From the IMG/VR virus record IMGVR_UViG_3300021959_007301, positions 23,243 through 87,242 of that record: a stretch of 64,000 nucleotides of DNA; one strand, 5' to 3'. Of the stretch, positions 28,432-38,042 are shown one piece after another. The DNA comes from a virus. How positions within the stretch are numbered: position 1 is the stretch's first letter; each line of letters starts with the position of its first letter. The notes below the pieces were generated by a model. That model had not been told where the DNA came from. It made no database searches and worked only from the letters and a program-made list of their open reading frames with translations. The translations under genes were made by a program, and so were the position numbers.

Positions 28432-29796
28432 ATGGCAGAGTTAGATAAAAACCTAGAAACAGTTGAAGAAACTGTGGAGGCTATTGAGGAAGGTCAACAA
28501 CCTGATTCAAAAGCAGAAAAGGGTGACAAAGCGCCTGTAAAACAAGGTTCATCTGATGCCGCTAAAATAGAAAGTGGTAAAGGTGAAGTCGTCAAACCTG
28601 AAGAAAATCCTGTTGACAAAGCAGTTGCATCCGTCAAGTCTGCTGAGAAAGGTACTAAAGAAGTTAGTAATGATTCTCAACAGAAAGGTGAGGGTAAACC
28701 TGATGCACAACCTAAATTGAAAAAAGTTTCAGAGGGCGAAGATTCTGAAAAGGATTCACCATCTAAGATGGAAACAATTAAGGCAATGGTCAACGCAATG
28801 AAGGGTATGGATAAAGAAAAACTTCAGGCAATGTTCTCTAAAGTCAAGGATGACGAAGAGGAAGTTGACGAATCCTTAACAAAGGCAGAAATCGCTCGAA
28901 ACATCGTTGAACTTATGAAAAAGAAAGAAGACGATGATGTTAAAAAAGTTATGTCTGAAATGGAAGATGAAGACGAAGTCGAAGACGAAGATGATGAGGA
29001 AGAAAAAGTAGATGAGCAATTGTCTGCTGACCTCGAATCAGAGTTAGTAGAGATGGAAATAGATGACGACCTATCTGCAATCTCAGAAGCTCTTGACTTA
29101 TCAGAAGAAAACACTGAAAAAGCAAGAACTATCTTTAAAGCTGCAGTGTCTTCTAAAGTCTCAGAAATCAAGACAGAACTTGAAGAACAATACAACGAAC
29201 AACTAAAAACCTCGACAGAAGAAGTCAAGAACGACCTTGCAGAAGCAGTGGACAAGTACATGACTTATTGTGCAGAAGAGTGGACGAAAGAAAACGAACT
29301 TGCAATCGAAAGAGGTTTGAGGTCAGAAATGACAGAAAACTTTATTGAAGGTCTAAAAACATTATTCGTAGAACACTACGTTGATGTTCCTGAAGACAAG
29401 TACGATGTCATTGACGAACTCGCAAATCGTCTCGATGAGATGGAAGCAAAACTTGACAGTGAAGTCCAAAAAAATATGGAAATAGCTGAAGAGAATGATT
29501 CACTCAAGAGAAGTAACGTGATCAGAGAAGCCTGCAAAGACTTAACTGAATCACAAAAAGAGAAGATGGTTTCATTATCAAATGGTGTAGACTTCACAGA
29601 TATCGAAGACTTTAGTGATAAAGTTAACGAACTCAAAGAAGCATACTTTCCAGTTGAAGGTGAAACAATTGCAGAAGAAACAAGGGTAGAGGAAGGAACA
29701 GGAACTTTAGAAGAAGAAGCATCTTCAGATAAAGTCACTAACCCAACAATGTCTAAGTATGCTACTGCAATATCTAAATTAAAACCATTAGGTTAA
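28432..29796 (+). CDS. gp22: Prohead core scaffold gp22
   Basis: Acidic coiled coil, EEWTKENELAIERG...LFVEHYVDVPE. Confidence 0.9.
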   Translation: MAELDKNLETVEETVEAIEEGQQPDSKAEKGDKAPVKQGSSDAAKIESGKGEVVKPEENPVDKAVASVKSAEKGTKEVSNDSQQKGEGKPDAQPKLKKVSEGEDSEKDSPSKMETIKAMVNAMKGMDKEKLQAMFSKVKDDEEEVDESLTKAEIARNIVELMKKKEDDDVKKVMSEMEDEDEVEDEDDEEEKVDEQLSADLESELVEMEIDDDLSAISEALDLSEENTEKARTIFKAAVSSKVSEIKTELEEQYNEQLKTSTEEVKNDLAEAVDKYMTYCAEEWTKENELAIERGLRSEMTENFIEGLKTLFVEHYVDVPEDKYDVIDELANRLDEMEAKLDSEVQKNMEIAEENDSLKRSNVIREACKDLTESQKEKMVSLSNGVDFTDIEDFSDKVNELKEAYFPVEGETIAEETRVEEGTGTLEEEASSDKVTNPTMSKYATAISKLKPLG

Positions 29797-29817
29797 TTTA
29801 AAGGGGAAACTTAAAAA

Positions 29818-31122
29818 ATGTTTTTATCAGAAAACTTACAAGAAAAGTGGCAGCCGATTCTAGAACACTCTGATCTTCCTGAGATCAAAGACAACTACAA
29901 GAAAGCAGTCACAGCAGTAATCCTTGAAAACCAAGAGAAAGCTCTAAACGAAGATAGAGCATCTCTTCAAGAAGCTGCACCTTTAAATGCTACTGGTAGT
30001 TCTGCAATTTCTAACTGGGATCCAATCTTGATCTCATTAGTACGTAGAGCTATGCCAAATCTCGTTGCTTACGACATTTGTGGTGTTCAACCAATGACAG
30101 GCCCAACAGGTCTTATCTTTGCCATGAAGGCAAGATATAATGACTATCCTTCTGCTGGAAGAGAAAGTCAATCTGAAGCTATGGGTATCAACGAAGTTAG
30201 AACTGGGAACTCCGCTACAAACGGCCCAAATAGTTCAGCTGGTGTTGATGCTGATCCATCAAACGACCCATTCGCAGGTGGATATGATACAGATACAGTC
30301 GGTGGTATGAGTACTGCAACTGCAGAAGCATTAGGTGATTCATCATCTAACGCATTCAACGAGATGTCATTCACAATTGAAAAAGCAACTGTGACTGCCA
30401 AATCCAGAGCATTAAAAGCAGAGTACACACTCGAACTTGCACAAGACCTTAAAGCAATCCACGGTCTAGATGCAGAATCAGAACTTGCAAACATTCTTTC
30501 ATCAGAAATCCTTGCAGAAATCAACAGAGAAGTTGTTAGAGAAGTAAACCTTCAAGCTAAAACAGGTGCCTCAGGTACTGCTTCAGCTGGTACTTTCAAC
30601 TTAGACGTTGATGCAAACGGTAGATGGTCAGTAGAGAAGTTTAAAGGATTGTTATTCCAAATCGAAAGAGAATCAAACGTAATCGCTAAAGAATCAAGAA
30701 GAGGTAAAGGTAACTTTATCCTTTGTTCTTCAGACGTAGCGTCTGCTCTTTCAATGGCTGGTGTATTAGATTACGCACCTGCATTATCAACTAACTTAAA
30801 CGTTGACGACACAGGCAATACTTTTGCTGGTGTATTAAACGGTAGAGTTAAAGTATACATCGACCCATATGCTGGTGTTGATTACTTAACAGTTGGTTAC
30901 AGAGGGTCTAACCCTTATGATGCTGGTATGTTCTATTGCCCATACGTTCCATTACAAATGGTACGTGCCGTTGGTGAGAATACATTCCAACCAAAAATTG
31001 GTTTCAAAACAAGATACGGTATGGTGTCTAATCCATTCGTGGGTTCAACTCCAACAAGCGGTCTTGCTACCAATGGGACAAACTTCTACTACAGAAAGAT
31101 GGCAGTGTCCAACATTCTGTAA
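29818..31122 (+). CDS. gp23: Major capsid protein gp23
   Basis: GVQPMTGPTGLIFAM, ELAQDLKAIHGLDAE, FQPKIGFKTRYG. Confidence 0.98.
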   Translation: MFLSENLQEKWQPILEHSDLPEIKDNYKKAVTAVILENQEKALNEDRASLQEAAPLNATGSSAISNWDPILISLVRRAMPNLVAYDICGVQPMTGPTGLIFAMKARYNDYPSAGRESQSEAMGINEVRTGNSATNGPNSSAGVDADPSNDPFAGGYDTDTVGGMSTATAEALGDSSSNAFNEMSFTIEKATVTAKSRALKAEYTLELAQDLKAIHGLDAESELANILSSEILAEINREVVREVNLQAKTGASGTASAGTFNLDVDANGRWSVEKFKGLLFQIERESNVIAKESRRGKGNFILCSSDVASALSMAGVLDYAPALSTNLNVDDTGNTFAGVLNGRVKVYIDPYAGVDYLTVGYRGSNPYDAGMFYCPYVPLQMVRAVGENTFQPKIGFKTRYGMVSNPFVGSTPTSGLATNGTNFYYRKMAVSNIL

Positions 31123-31153
31123 GACGAAAGTCTCGTTCCTTAATCGGAACACT

Positions 31154-31182
31154 AAAAAGGTCTCTCACGAGACCTTTTTTTT
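31154..31182 (+). terminator. Intrinsic terminator after gp23
   Basis: AAAAAGGTCTC-TCAC-GAGACCTTTTTTTT. Confidence 0.85.
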
Positions 31183-31242
31183 GACCTAAATAAAAGTGTA
31201 TCCAAGTGGATACAATTACACATACACACACAGGAGAAAAAT

Positions 31243-31458
31243 ATGAGTAATACTAAATCAGGGTACGAAATCCGTGCCGACCTATTATCTCTCGCAGAGG
31301 GAATCATCATCAACAACATCGAAAATGAAAGACAGACCATTCATTCGTGGAATGATAATCATGCTGAATCTAAAAAGGAATTGCCTTTAAGGACTTATTC
31401 AGTGCAAGATGTTATTGACAATGCAAAACAATTAAACGATTTTGTAAACGAGAAATAA
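31243..31458 (+). CDS. Hypothetical protein
   Basis: AGGAG RBS; GYEIRADLL..A...A.QLNDFV. Confidence 0.7.
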   Translation: MSNTKSGYEIRADLLSLAEGIIINNIENERQTIHSWNDNHAESKKELPLRTYSVQDVIDNAKQLNDFVNEK

Positions 31459-31510
31459 CATAAATAGTATTATGGGGTAGATTTACTACCCCATTTTCAG
31501 AGGAATAATT

Positions 31511-31735
31511 ATGTCAGAATATGCAAAAAATGTGAAAGTGTTAGAAGGCCCATGGGAGAGAGAAGCATTCCCTGATGGTGTCGAAACAACCAATGTATTG
31601 AGTAGAACTATTACTACAACATACATTCAAGATGGGTATCTTTGTGAAAAGATTGTTACTAGAGAATATCGTGGTGACGACTATCAAGATACAACATCGA
31701 CAAAAAGGATTATAAAACTTGGCAACAATCAATAA
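31511..31735 (+). CDS. Hypothetical protein
   Basis: GAGGA RBS; late promoter and hairpin upstream. Confidence 0.65.
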   Translation: MSEYAKNVKVLEGPWEREAFPDGVETTNVLSRTITTTYIQDGYLCEKIVTREYRGDDYQDTTSTKRIIKLGNNQ

Positions 31736-32255
31736 GTCTATACTCAACAAGAACAATTTTAGATTGTTAGTAGACAAAGTACCCACAGTGGAGTACTATG
31801 TAAAGTCTGTTAACATTCCAGGCATGTCATTCTCAGAAACTACATCTGCTGCAGGTGTGGGTTTGGATGCATATTTTCCTGGCGACAAAGTGTCATTCGA
31901 TACACTTGATGTCACGTTCTTGGTAGACGAAGACTTAGAAAACTTTAAAGAAATCTACGATTGGATGGATGCAATTGTTCCTATTGCAAATCCTGAAGCA
32001 TACTCTGCATACGTAGATTCCATCAAAACTGGTTCAGGTACTTACAGTTCAGTAGAAAATGACCTAAACCAATACAGTGACATTACACTAGTAATGAACA
32101 CTAACAAAAACGTTCCCAATAGATTCTTCAGATTCCATGACTGTTTCCCTATCTCATTAGGTGCATTAGAATTGGAATCAGGTGCAGAAGCAGAAGCAGT
32201 ATCGACCACAGTGTCATTCAGATTCACATATTACGAGATAGAATCCACTTCCTAA
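31719..32255 (+). CDS. gp3: Tail completion / tube terminator gp3
   Basis: VNIPG, PGDKVSF..L.VTFLVDEDLENFKEIYDWM, FPISLG. Confidence 0.85.
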   Translation: MATINKSILNKNNFRLLVDKVPTVEYYVKSVNIPGMSFSETTSAAGVGLDAYFPGDKVSFDTLDVTFLVDEDLENFKEIYDWMDAIVPIANPEAYSAYVDSIKTGSGTYSSVENDLNQYSDITLVMNTNKNVPNRFFRFHDCFPISLGALELESGAEAEAVSTTVSFRFTYYEIESTS

Positions 32256-32309
32256 AACACCATAAATATGGTATAATAGTAGAAAATACTACTATTGGAT
32301 TTTTATATT

Positions 32310-32753
32310 ATGAATTTAGATGAAATTAAAGAGATGTGGAAAGTCGATTGTGAAATCGATGATATTGAATTAGATAAGTCCTCACTAGAAGTCCCAAGAC
32401 TTCATGCAAAATACTCAGACTTACTATCCAGTAAGCTCATACTCTTAAAACAATATCAGATGAAATACGATACACTACTTAAAGATAAGTGGTTATGGTA
32501 TAACGGAAAGATGGATGAGAATCGTATCAAAGAACTGGGATGGAATCCTGACCCATTTGATGGACTCAAAGTCATGAAGAATGACATGAACATTTTTTAC
32601 AATTCTGATGAAGATTTACAAAAACTAAACGTCAAACTTGAATACCTTAAAATTACCATTGAGTTTCTAAAAGAGTGTATGCAAAACATCACATGGAGAC
32701 ATCAAACTATTAAGAATACAATTGATTGGCGTAAATTTATGAGTGGTGCATAA
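32310..32753 (+). CDS. uvsY: Recombination mediator UvsY
   Basis: W..DCEIDDIELD..SL..P.LHAKY...IKNTIDWRKF. Confidence 0.9.
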   Translation: MNLDEIKEMWKVDCEIDDIELDKSSLEVPRLHAKYSDLLSSKLILLKQYQMKYDTLLKDKWLWYNGKMDENRIKELGWNPDPFDGLKVMKNDMNIFYNSDEDLQKLNVKLEYLKITIEFLKECMQNITWRHQTIKNTIDWRKFMSGA

Positions 32754-33433
32754 TGATATTAAATAACTACTGTACATTTATAACAGAATTCTTCACAGAT
32801 GAAGAAGTTGCTCTAATTCACAAATCTGCAGATAAGATACCTGTAGATTACGGTAGAGTTGGTTTTGCAGAAAGTGACCCTGATGGTCTTGAAGAAGATT
32901 TCAATGTTAAAAATGAAATACGTCAATCTGAAATCAAATGGTTTGGTAAAAATGGACATGAAATGCCTGAATCTATAGTAAACAAAATTCATGAAGGTGT
33001 TGGAGTGATGGTACAAGATGCAGGGTGGAGTAATTGGGAATATGATTACTTAGAACCCCTTCAATACACAATCTATAAACACAGACCTGATGCACCTACA
33101 GGAGACTTTTACACATGGCACACAGATGCAGGGCCTGAAGTGTATAGAGAAGGTGGAATGAGAAAGTTGAGTTTTAGTATTCAGTTATCTCATCCTGATG
33201 ATTATGAGGGTGGTCATTTTGAATATATTGATTCAAAACGTGCTTTTGATACATTGAAATTAAATCAACAAACAATTGATGTTGATAACATCATTCAACC
33301 TTTGCCATTCTCTGCAAAGGAAAAGGGTAGCATGATTGTATTCCCCTCATTCGTACATCACCAAGTCAAACCTGTTACAAGTGGTACACGAATCTCATTA
33401 GTAGGATGGTTAGTAGGTAAACCATACGTTTAA
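32753..33433 (+). CDS. 2OG-Fe(II) oxygenase
   Basis: YTWHTD, RKLS, YEGG, FPSFVHHQVKPVTSGTRISLVGW. Confidence 0.88.
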   Translation: MILNNYCTFITEFFTDEEVALIHKSADKIPVDYGRVGFAESDPDGLEEDFNVKNEIRQSEIKWFGKNGHEMPESIVNKIHEGVGVMVQDAGWSNWEYDYLEPLQYTIYKHRPDAPTGDFYTWHTDAGPEVYREGGMRKLSFSIQLSHPDDYEGGHFEYIDSKRAFDTLKLNQQTIDVDNIIQPLPFSAKEKGSMIVFPSFVHHQVKPVTSGTRISLVGWLVGKPYV

Positions 33434-33434
33434 T

Positions 33435-34895
33435 ATGGAAAGAGTAACGGTTCGTAAAGTCGATGATGTCTTTATGCAAGTTAATTGTGATGACTCTCTT
33501 GCACGTGACCTTTACGACTTCTTTTCTTTTACAGTGCCAGGCGCAAAGTTTATGCCGTCCTATAAAAATAAATTTTGGGATGGTAAGGTACGACTCTTCT
33601 CTCTAAAAACTAAAAAGATTTATATCGGACTACTACCATACGTTGATGAGTTCTGCAGAGAACGTGGATTTGAGTTTGGTGGTATTGAAGATGTCATAGG
33701 TGAAAAGACACTCCTTACAGATGAGGATGTTGATTTCTTTATTAACGGTGATGACCTAATTCCAGGCTTGGGTCTTCCATTTGAACCACGTGATTATCAA
33801 ATAGATGCATTTAAAACTGCAGTGCAATATGGTAGACAACTTCTACTATCACCAACTGCAAGTGGTAAATCACTTATTATATACATGTTGTGTAGGTGGT
33901 TTGAGGGAGAAATGTCTTTACCTAACTGTAAGACCGTTATAATCGTTCCTACGACATCTCTAGTGGAACAGATGAGTAAAGACTTTGAGGAGTATGGATA
34001 CAAAGAAAAAATTTGTAAGATATACCATGGACAAGAAGTGTTTGATGCACCTATTACCATTACCACATGGCAGAGTTTCGCTAAAGCACCTAAAGAAACA
34101 TTACAGTCATTCGATGTAGTCATCGGAGACGAAGCACACTTATTCAAAGCACAAACACTTAAGAGTATACTAGAGAAGATGTCTTCCACTGGTTTCCGTA
34201 TAGGTACTACAGGTACACTTGATGGAACTGAAGTTCATAGACTACAACTTGAAGGATTATTTGGGCCTGTCAAAAAAGTTATATCAACTGCAAAACTAAT
34301 TGAAGACGGAACGATTGCAAATCTTTCTATCGATTGTGTCATACTTCGTCATACTAAACAGAAAAAAATGTCGTATCAAGATGAGATGGATTACTTAGTA
34401 TCTCATGAAAAACGTAATGAATTCATCTGTAATCTAGTGTACAGTTTAAAAGGCAATACACTTGTACTTTTTCAATATGTCGAAAAACATGGAGTTCTTC
34501 TACACGATAAAATGTCATGTCGATTGGGTGAACAATTACACTATGTCTATGGTGGAACCGATACCAAGGATAGGGAGAACGTAAGGGAAATCGTTGAGAA
34601 AGCAAATGACAACGTCATACTGGCGTCATACGGTACCTTTTCAACTGGTGTTAACATTAAGAAGATTGATAATGTAGTCTTTGCATCTCCTTCCAAATCA
34701 CGAATAAGAAACCTACAGTCTATTGGTAGGGGTTTACGTAAGACTGAAGGGAAGGATAAAATGAGATTATTTGATATTGCCGATGATCTACAATGTGAGA
34801 ACTTTACGTTGAGTCACCTCAAAGAAAGAATAAATATATACAATGAGGAACAATTTCCATATGAGATTCAACAGTTCGAACTGAAAGATGACTAG
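33435..34895 (+). CDS. uvsW: Helicase UvsW
   Basis: PTASGKS, DEAH, TTGT, LQSIGRGLR. Confidence 0.95.
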   Translation: MERVTVRKVDDVFMQVNCDDSLARDLYDFFSFTVPGAKFMPSYKNKFWDGKVRLFSLKTKKIYIGLLPYVDEFCRERGFEFGGIEDVIGEKTLLTDEDVDFFINGDDLIPGLGLPFEPRDYQIDAFKTAVQYGRQLLLSPTASGKSLIIYMLCRWFEGEMSLPNCKTVIIVPTTSLVEQMSKDFEEYGYKEKICKIYHGQEVFDAPITITTWQSFAKAPKETLQSFDVVIGDEAHLFKAQTLKSILEKMSSTGFRIGTTGTLDGTEVHRLQLEGLFGPVKKVISTAKLIEDGTIANLSIDCVILRHTKQKKMSYQDEMDYLVSHEKRNEFICNLVYSLKGNTLVLFQYVEKHGVLLHDKMSCRLGEQLHYVYGGTDTKDRENVREIVEKANDNVILASYGTFSTGVNIKKIDNVVFASPSKSRIRNLQSIGRGLRKTEGKDKMRLFDIADDLQCENFTLSHLKERINIYNEEQFPYEIQQFELKDD

Positions 34896-35427
34896 CCCAA
34901 GAGATTTAAGTCTAATCCCAACAAAGTATGAAATACTTCGTCTTGATACAGGTCAAGAAGTGATAGGTATGACTCGACAAAATGGTAACATTGTTGAAGT
35001 AACTCTACCTATGATTTGTCATTTATCAGTAACAATGAGAGGTAAAACTCTTGCAACATTCTATCCATACTCACCTCTAACCTCAGATACAGTTGTAAAA
35101 ATTCCTGAAGAAATGATTCTTCATAGAAACAAAGTTAATCCTCAAGTTGTGCCGTTGTATGACAATGCATCCACCAGTTGGTTAACTATGTTAGAAAACA
35201 AAAGTATACCACTTGCAAATAAGTTATCAAAAGATGATAACGTAGATGTACGAAACAATGTAGACGAACTTTTAAGACAACTCTATGAAGATAAACATAT
35301 GGCAACAGAAGAGGAGTTTTTAGAAATGATGGAACAGGAATTTCTCAATAGTGAAAAAGACTCTGAAGACCCATATAAGAAATTTAAAAGATTGACTCCA
35401 CCAAAAGACAAGAAAAAAATTCACTAA
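34888..35427 (+). CDS. Conserved hypothetical protein downstream of uvsW (Sm-like N-terminus)
   Basis: ILRLDTGQEVIG; synteny. Confidence 0.65.
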   Translation: MTSPRDLSLIPTKYEILRLDTGQEVIGMTRQNGNIVEVTLPMICHLSVTMRGKTLATFYPYSPLTSDTVVKIPEEMILHRNKVNPQVVPLYDNASTSWLTMLENKSIPLANKLSKDDNVDVRNNVDELLRQLYEDKHMATEEEFLEMMEQEFLNSEKDSEDPYKKFKRLTPPKDKKKIH

Positions 35428-35515
35428 ACTATTTTGTTAGAACTGAAAGTTTTATAAATATCCACGTGTATAACTTGGTGTTATACCATATTATTAATGG
35501 AGTTTATAAAAGAAA

Positions 35516-35638
35516 GTGACCGAGTTAGTCAAAAAATTAAAAAAAGTAGATGGTCAAACAATTGTGGAGGGAATGGAAATAGGTATTCTCGTATCTGTAT
35601 TTTTTATCTGTACAATGGCAATTGCACCTATCGTATAA
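35516..35638 (+). CDS. Small membrane protein, 40 aa
   Basis: Read manually: GTG start, MTELVKKLKK...GILVSVFFICTMAIAPIV*. Confidence 0.4.
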   Translation: MTELVKKLKKVDGQTIVEGMEIGILVSVFFICTMAIAPIV

Positions 35639-35639
35639 C

Positions 35640-35795
35640 ATGGAAGAAATAGCAATATCAGTTTTATCGATAATCGTTAGTTATTTTTATTTGAAGTATG
35701 CGCCTATGAATGATATCAGAGGTGCAATTTATTATGCAGAACACATTGCAAATCAGAAACACAAAAATGAATCAGTTGGAAATACCACTAAATAA
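35640..35795 (+). CDS. Small membrane protein, 51 aa
   Basis: Read manually: MEEIAISVLSIIVSYFYLKYAP... Confidence 0.45.
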   Translation: MEEIAISVLSIIVSYFYLKYAPMNDIRGAIYYAEHIANQKHKNESVGNTTK

Positions 35796-35964
35796 ACCAA
35801 AGGATGCAACTCCTGAAGAGGTTGTAGAATGGAGGGAAACGGATTTCTTTTCAAAAGGTGATTTCGATGTCATGAAACTGTTTGTCGTCATTCCTGCTGT
35901 TGTTCAGGTTGTCATGTTTAGTTTCATGTTAGGTGTATTTTATATAAACAATCTCTTTATATAA
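35767..35964 (+). CDS. Small membrane protein
   Basis: C-terminal hydrophobic helix. Confidence 0.55.
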   Translation: MNQLEIPLNKPKDATPEEVVEWRETDFFSKGDFDVMKLFVVIPAVVQVVMFSFMLGVFYINNLFI

Positions 35965-36052
35965 TATATTCCCTGTGGGACATAATCATTTTATCATAGA
36001 TTTCTGAAAACACAAGGGGTTTTTTAAAAAAACTTCATATAAATACTAGATA

Positions 36053-36376
36053 ATGGTAGAACTCAGCAACGAAGCAATTACTCAAATTTTGTCGTTACAA
36101 GAAAAGGATGCATTTAATTACATCAGAGTTGGTGTTACTGGTGGTGGTTGTGCTGGTTTTGAATACATCTTTGATAGCAGTTTAGATGCTAACTTAGATG
36201 ATACAGTAATTGATTATGGAAAATTCTCTATCCTAATTGATAATCATAGTGTACAATATATAGAAGGGATGACACTAGATTATGTCAAAGAAGGACTGAA
36301 CTCTTTCTTCAAATTCATAAACCCTAAAGAGGCAGCATCATGTGGATGTGGGGTTTCAGTAAACTTTAATATTTGA
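36053..36376 (+). CDS. A-type Fe-S carrier (IscA/SufA/ErpA family)
   Basis: GGGCAGFEY...LDY...NP...SCGCGVS. Confidence 0.92.
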   Translation: MVELSNEAITQILSLQEKDAFNYIRVGVTGGGCAGFEYIFDSSLDANLDDTVIDYGKFSILIDNHSVQYIEGMTLDYVKEGLNSFFKFINPKEAASCGCGVSVNFNI

Positions 36377-36420
36377 AAAAACCCCTTGTAGAATGGGGGG
36401 TTATGGTGTATAGTATACGT

Positions 36421-36978
36421 ATGACTACGAAAAAACAATCTGAACACTACGTTAATAACAAAGAGTTCACACAAGCAGTCTCCGATTATAACGAATCCGT
36501 TAGACTCGCAGAATCAAAGGGGAAAACCCCACCAAAGATGACAGAGTACATAGGGGAGTGCATTTATAAGATTGCTACTCGTTTATCTACACGTCCAAAC
36601 TTTATCAACTATACGTACAGAGACGAAATGATTTGTGATGCAATCGAAAATTGCATTCAGTATATTCGTAATTTCAATGCAGAAAAATCTAACAATGCAT
36701 TCGCATATATCACACAGATTTGTTACTATGCATTCCTAAGGCGTATTCAAAAGGAAAAGAAACAAGTTTTCATCAAACAACAAGCTATCGATGCAACAAA
36801 CATTACTATGGATGCATACGATACAATTGATGGTGTTCACAACCCTGAATTCACTAATACAAACATTGAGTGGATGCAAGAGAACATGAACAGGGTTGCA
36901 TACGAACCAAGAAAATCAAAGAGAACGAAAACAACAACTACAACCAAAAAATCATCATTAGATAAATTTACTGAATGA
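36421..36978 (+). CDS. gp55: Late transcription sigma factor gp55
   Basis: HYVNNKEF, NFINYTYRDEMICDAIENC, AFAYITQICYYAFLRRIQKEK. Confidence 0.95.
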   Translation: MTTKKQSEHYVNNKEFTQAVSDYNESVRLAESKGKTPPKMTEYIGECIYKIATRLSTRPNFINYTYRDEMICDAIENCIQYIRNFNAEKSNNAFAYITQICYYAFLRRIQKEKKQVFIKQQAIDATNITMDAYDTIDGVHNPEFTNTNIEWMQENMNRVAYEPRKSKRTKTTTTTKKSSLDKFTE

Positions 36979-38042
36979 AAATAGCACTATTGAACGATAC
37001 CCACTGTGGTGTTCGTGGTGACATGATTGAAATGTCCAAATACCAAGGACGCTTCTATAACGAAGTGTTCTTTCCATACTTAGATAAACATGATATTAAA
37101 CACATCATCCATCTAGGGGATTACTTTGACCGAAGAAAGTACATCAACTTTGCTTCGATGAAAGCAAACATCAAACATTTTATTGAACCTATGAATGAAC
37201 GTGGTATCACCATGGACTTAATCATTGGTAATCACGACACTTATTATAAGAACACTAACGAAGTAAATGCACCTGAGTTATTACTCTACAATCAACCTAA
37301 TGTCAATGTGATTTCCGAATGTGAAGTCAAAGAGTACGATGGGTTCAACATTGCATTGGTTCCTTGGATTAACTCTGAGAACTATGCTGATTCAGTAGAG
37401 TTTTTACAATCTGCAAATGCAAGTTGGTGTATGGGTCACTTTGAATTTGAAGGTGCATTGATGATGCCAGGCATGACATGTCAACACGGACTTGACCATT
37501 CATACGTCAAACGATTTGACAAAGTATTGAGTGGACACTTCCATCAGAAGTCAGAGTTTGCAAACATCAGATACCTTGGTTCACAAATGCAGTTCACATG
37601 GTCAGATTATGGTGATGGAAAACACTTCCACATCTTTGATACTGAGAAGGTTGAATTACTTCCAGTACATAATCCAATCACCATGTTTGAGAAAGCATTC
37701 TATGATGATACTAAAGAAACCTTTGAGACAATTAGTAATGCTGATTATAGTAAGTATGATGGAAAGTTCACAAAGATTGTAGTAGTTAATAAAGAAAATC
37801 CATATTGGTTTGATACCTTCTTAGATAAGATTCATGGAGTCAATCCATTACATGTATCAGTAGTCGATGACAACAAGCACATGGACTTTATGGATGACGA
37901 AGATATGGGGGATGTTGAAGATACTTTAACAATCCTAACAAACTATATCGAAGGTCTTGACATTCAAGGGAAGAAAAAACCCCTTACAGAATTGATGACC
38001 TCATTATATAATGAAGCACTTGACCAACATAACTATCTATGA
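36975..38042 (+). CDS. gp47: Recombination endonuclease subunit gp47 (Mre11-like)
   Basis: DTHCG, LGDYFD, GNHD, SGHFH. Confidence 0.95.
   Translation: MKIALLNDTHCGVRGDMIEMSKYQGRFYNEVFFPYLDKHDIKHIIHLGDYFDRRKYINFASMKANIKHFIEPMNERGITMDLIIGNHDTYYKNTNEVNAPELLLYNQPNVNVISECEVKEYDGFNIALVPWINSENYADSVEFLQSANASWCMGHFEFEGALMMPGMTCQHGLDHSYVKRFDKVLSGHFHQKSEFANIRYLGSQMQFTWSDYGDGKHFHIFDTEKVELLPVHNPITMFEKAFYDDTKETFETISNADYSKYDGKFTKIVVVNKENPYWFDTFLDKIHGVNPLHVSVVDDNKHMDFMDDEDMGDVEDTLTILTNYIEGLDIQGKKKPLTELMTSLYNEALDQHNYL

Noticed and set aside
28824-29738. Ser-rich minus-strand ORFs opposite gp22 and other acidic genes
   Set aside because: Antisense artefacts of GAA/GAT-rich coding sequence.
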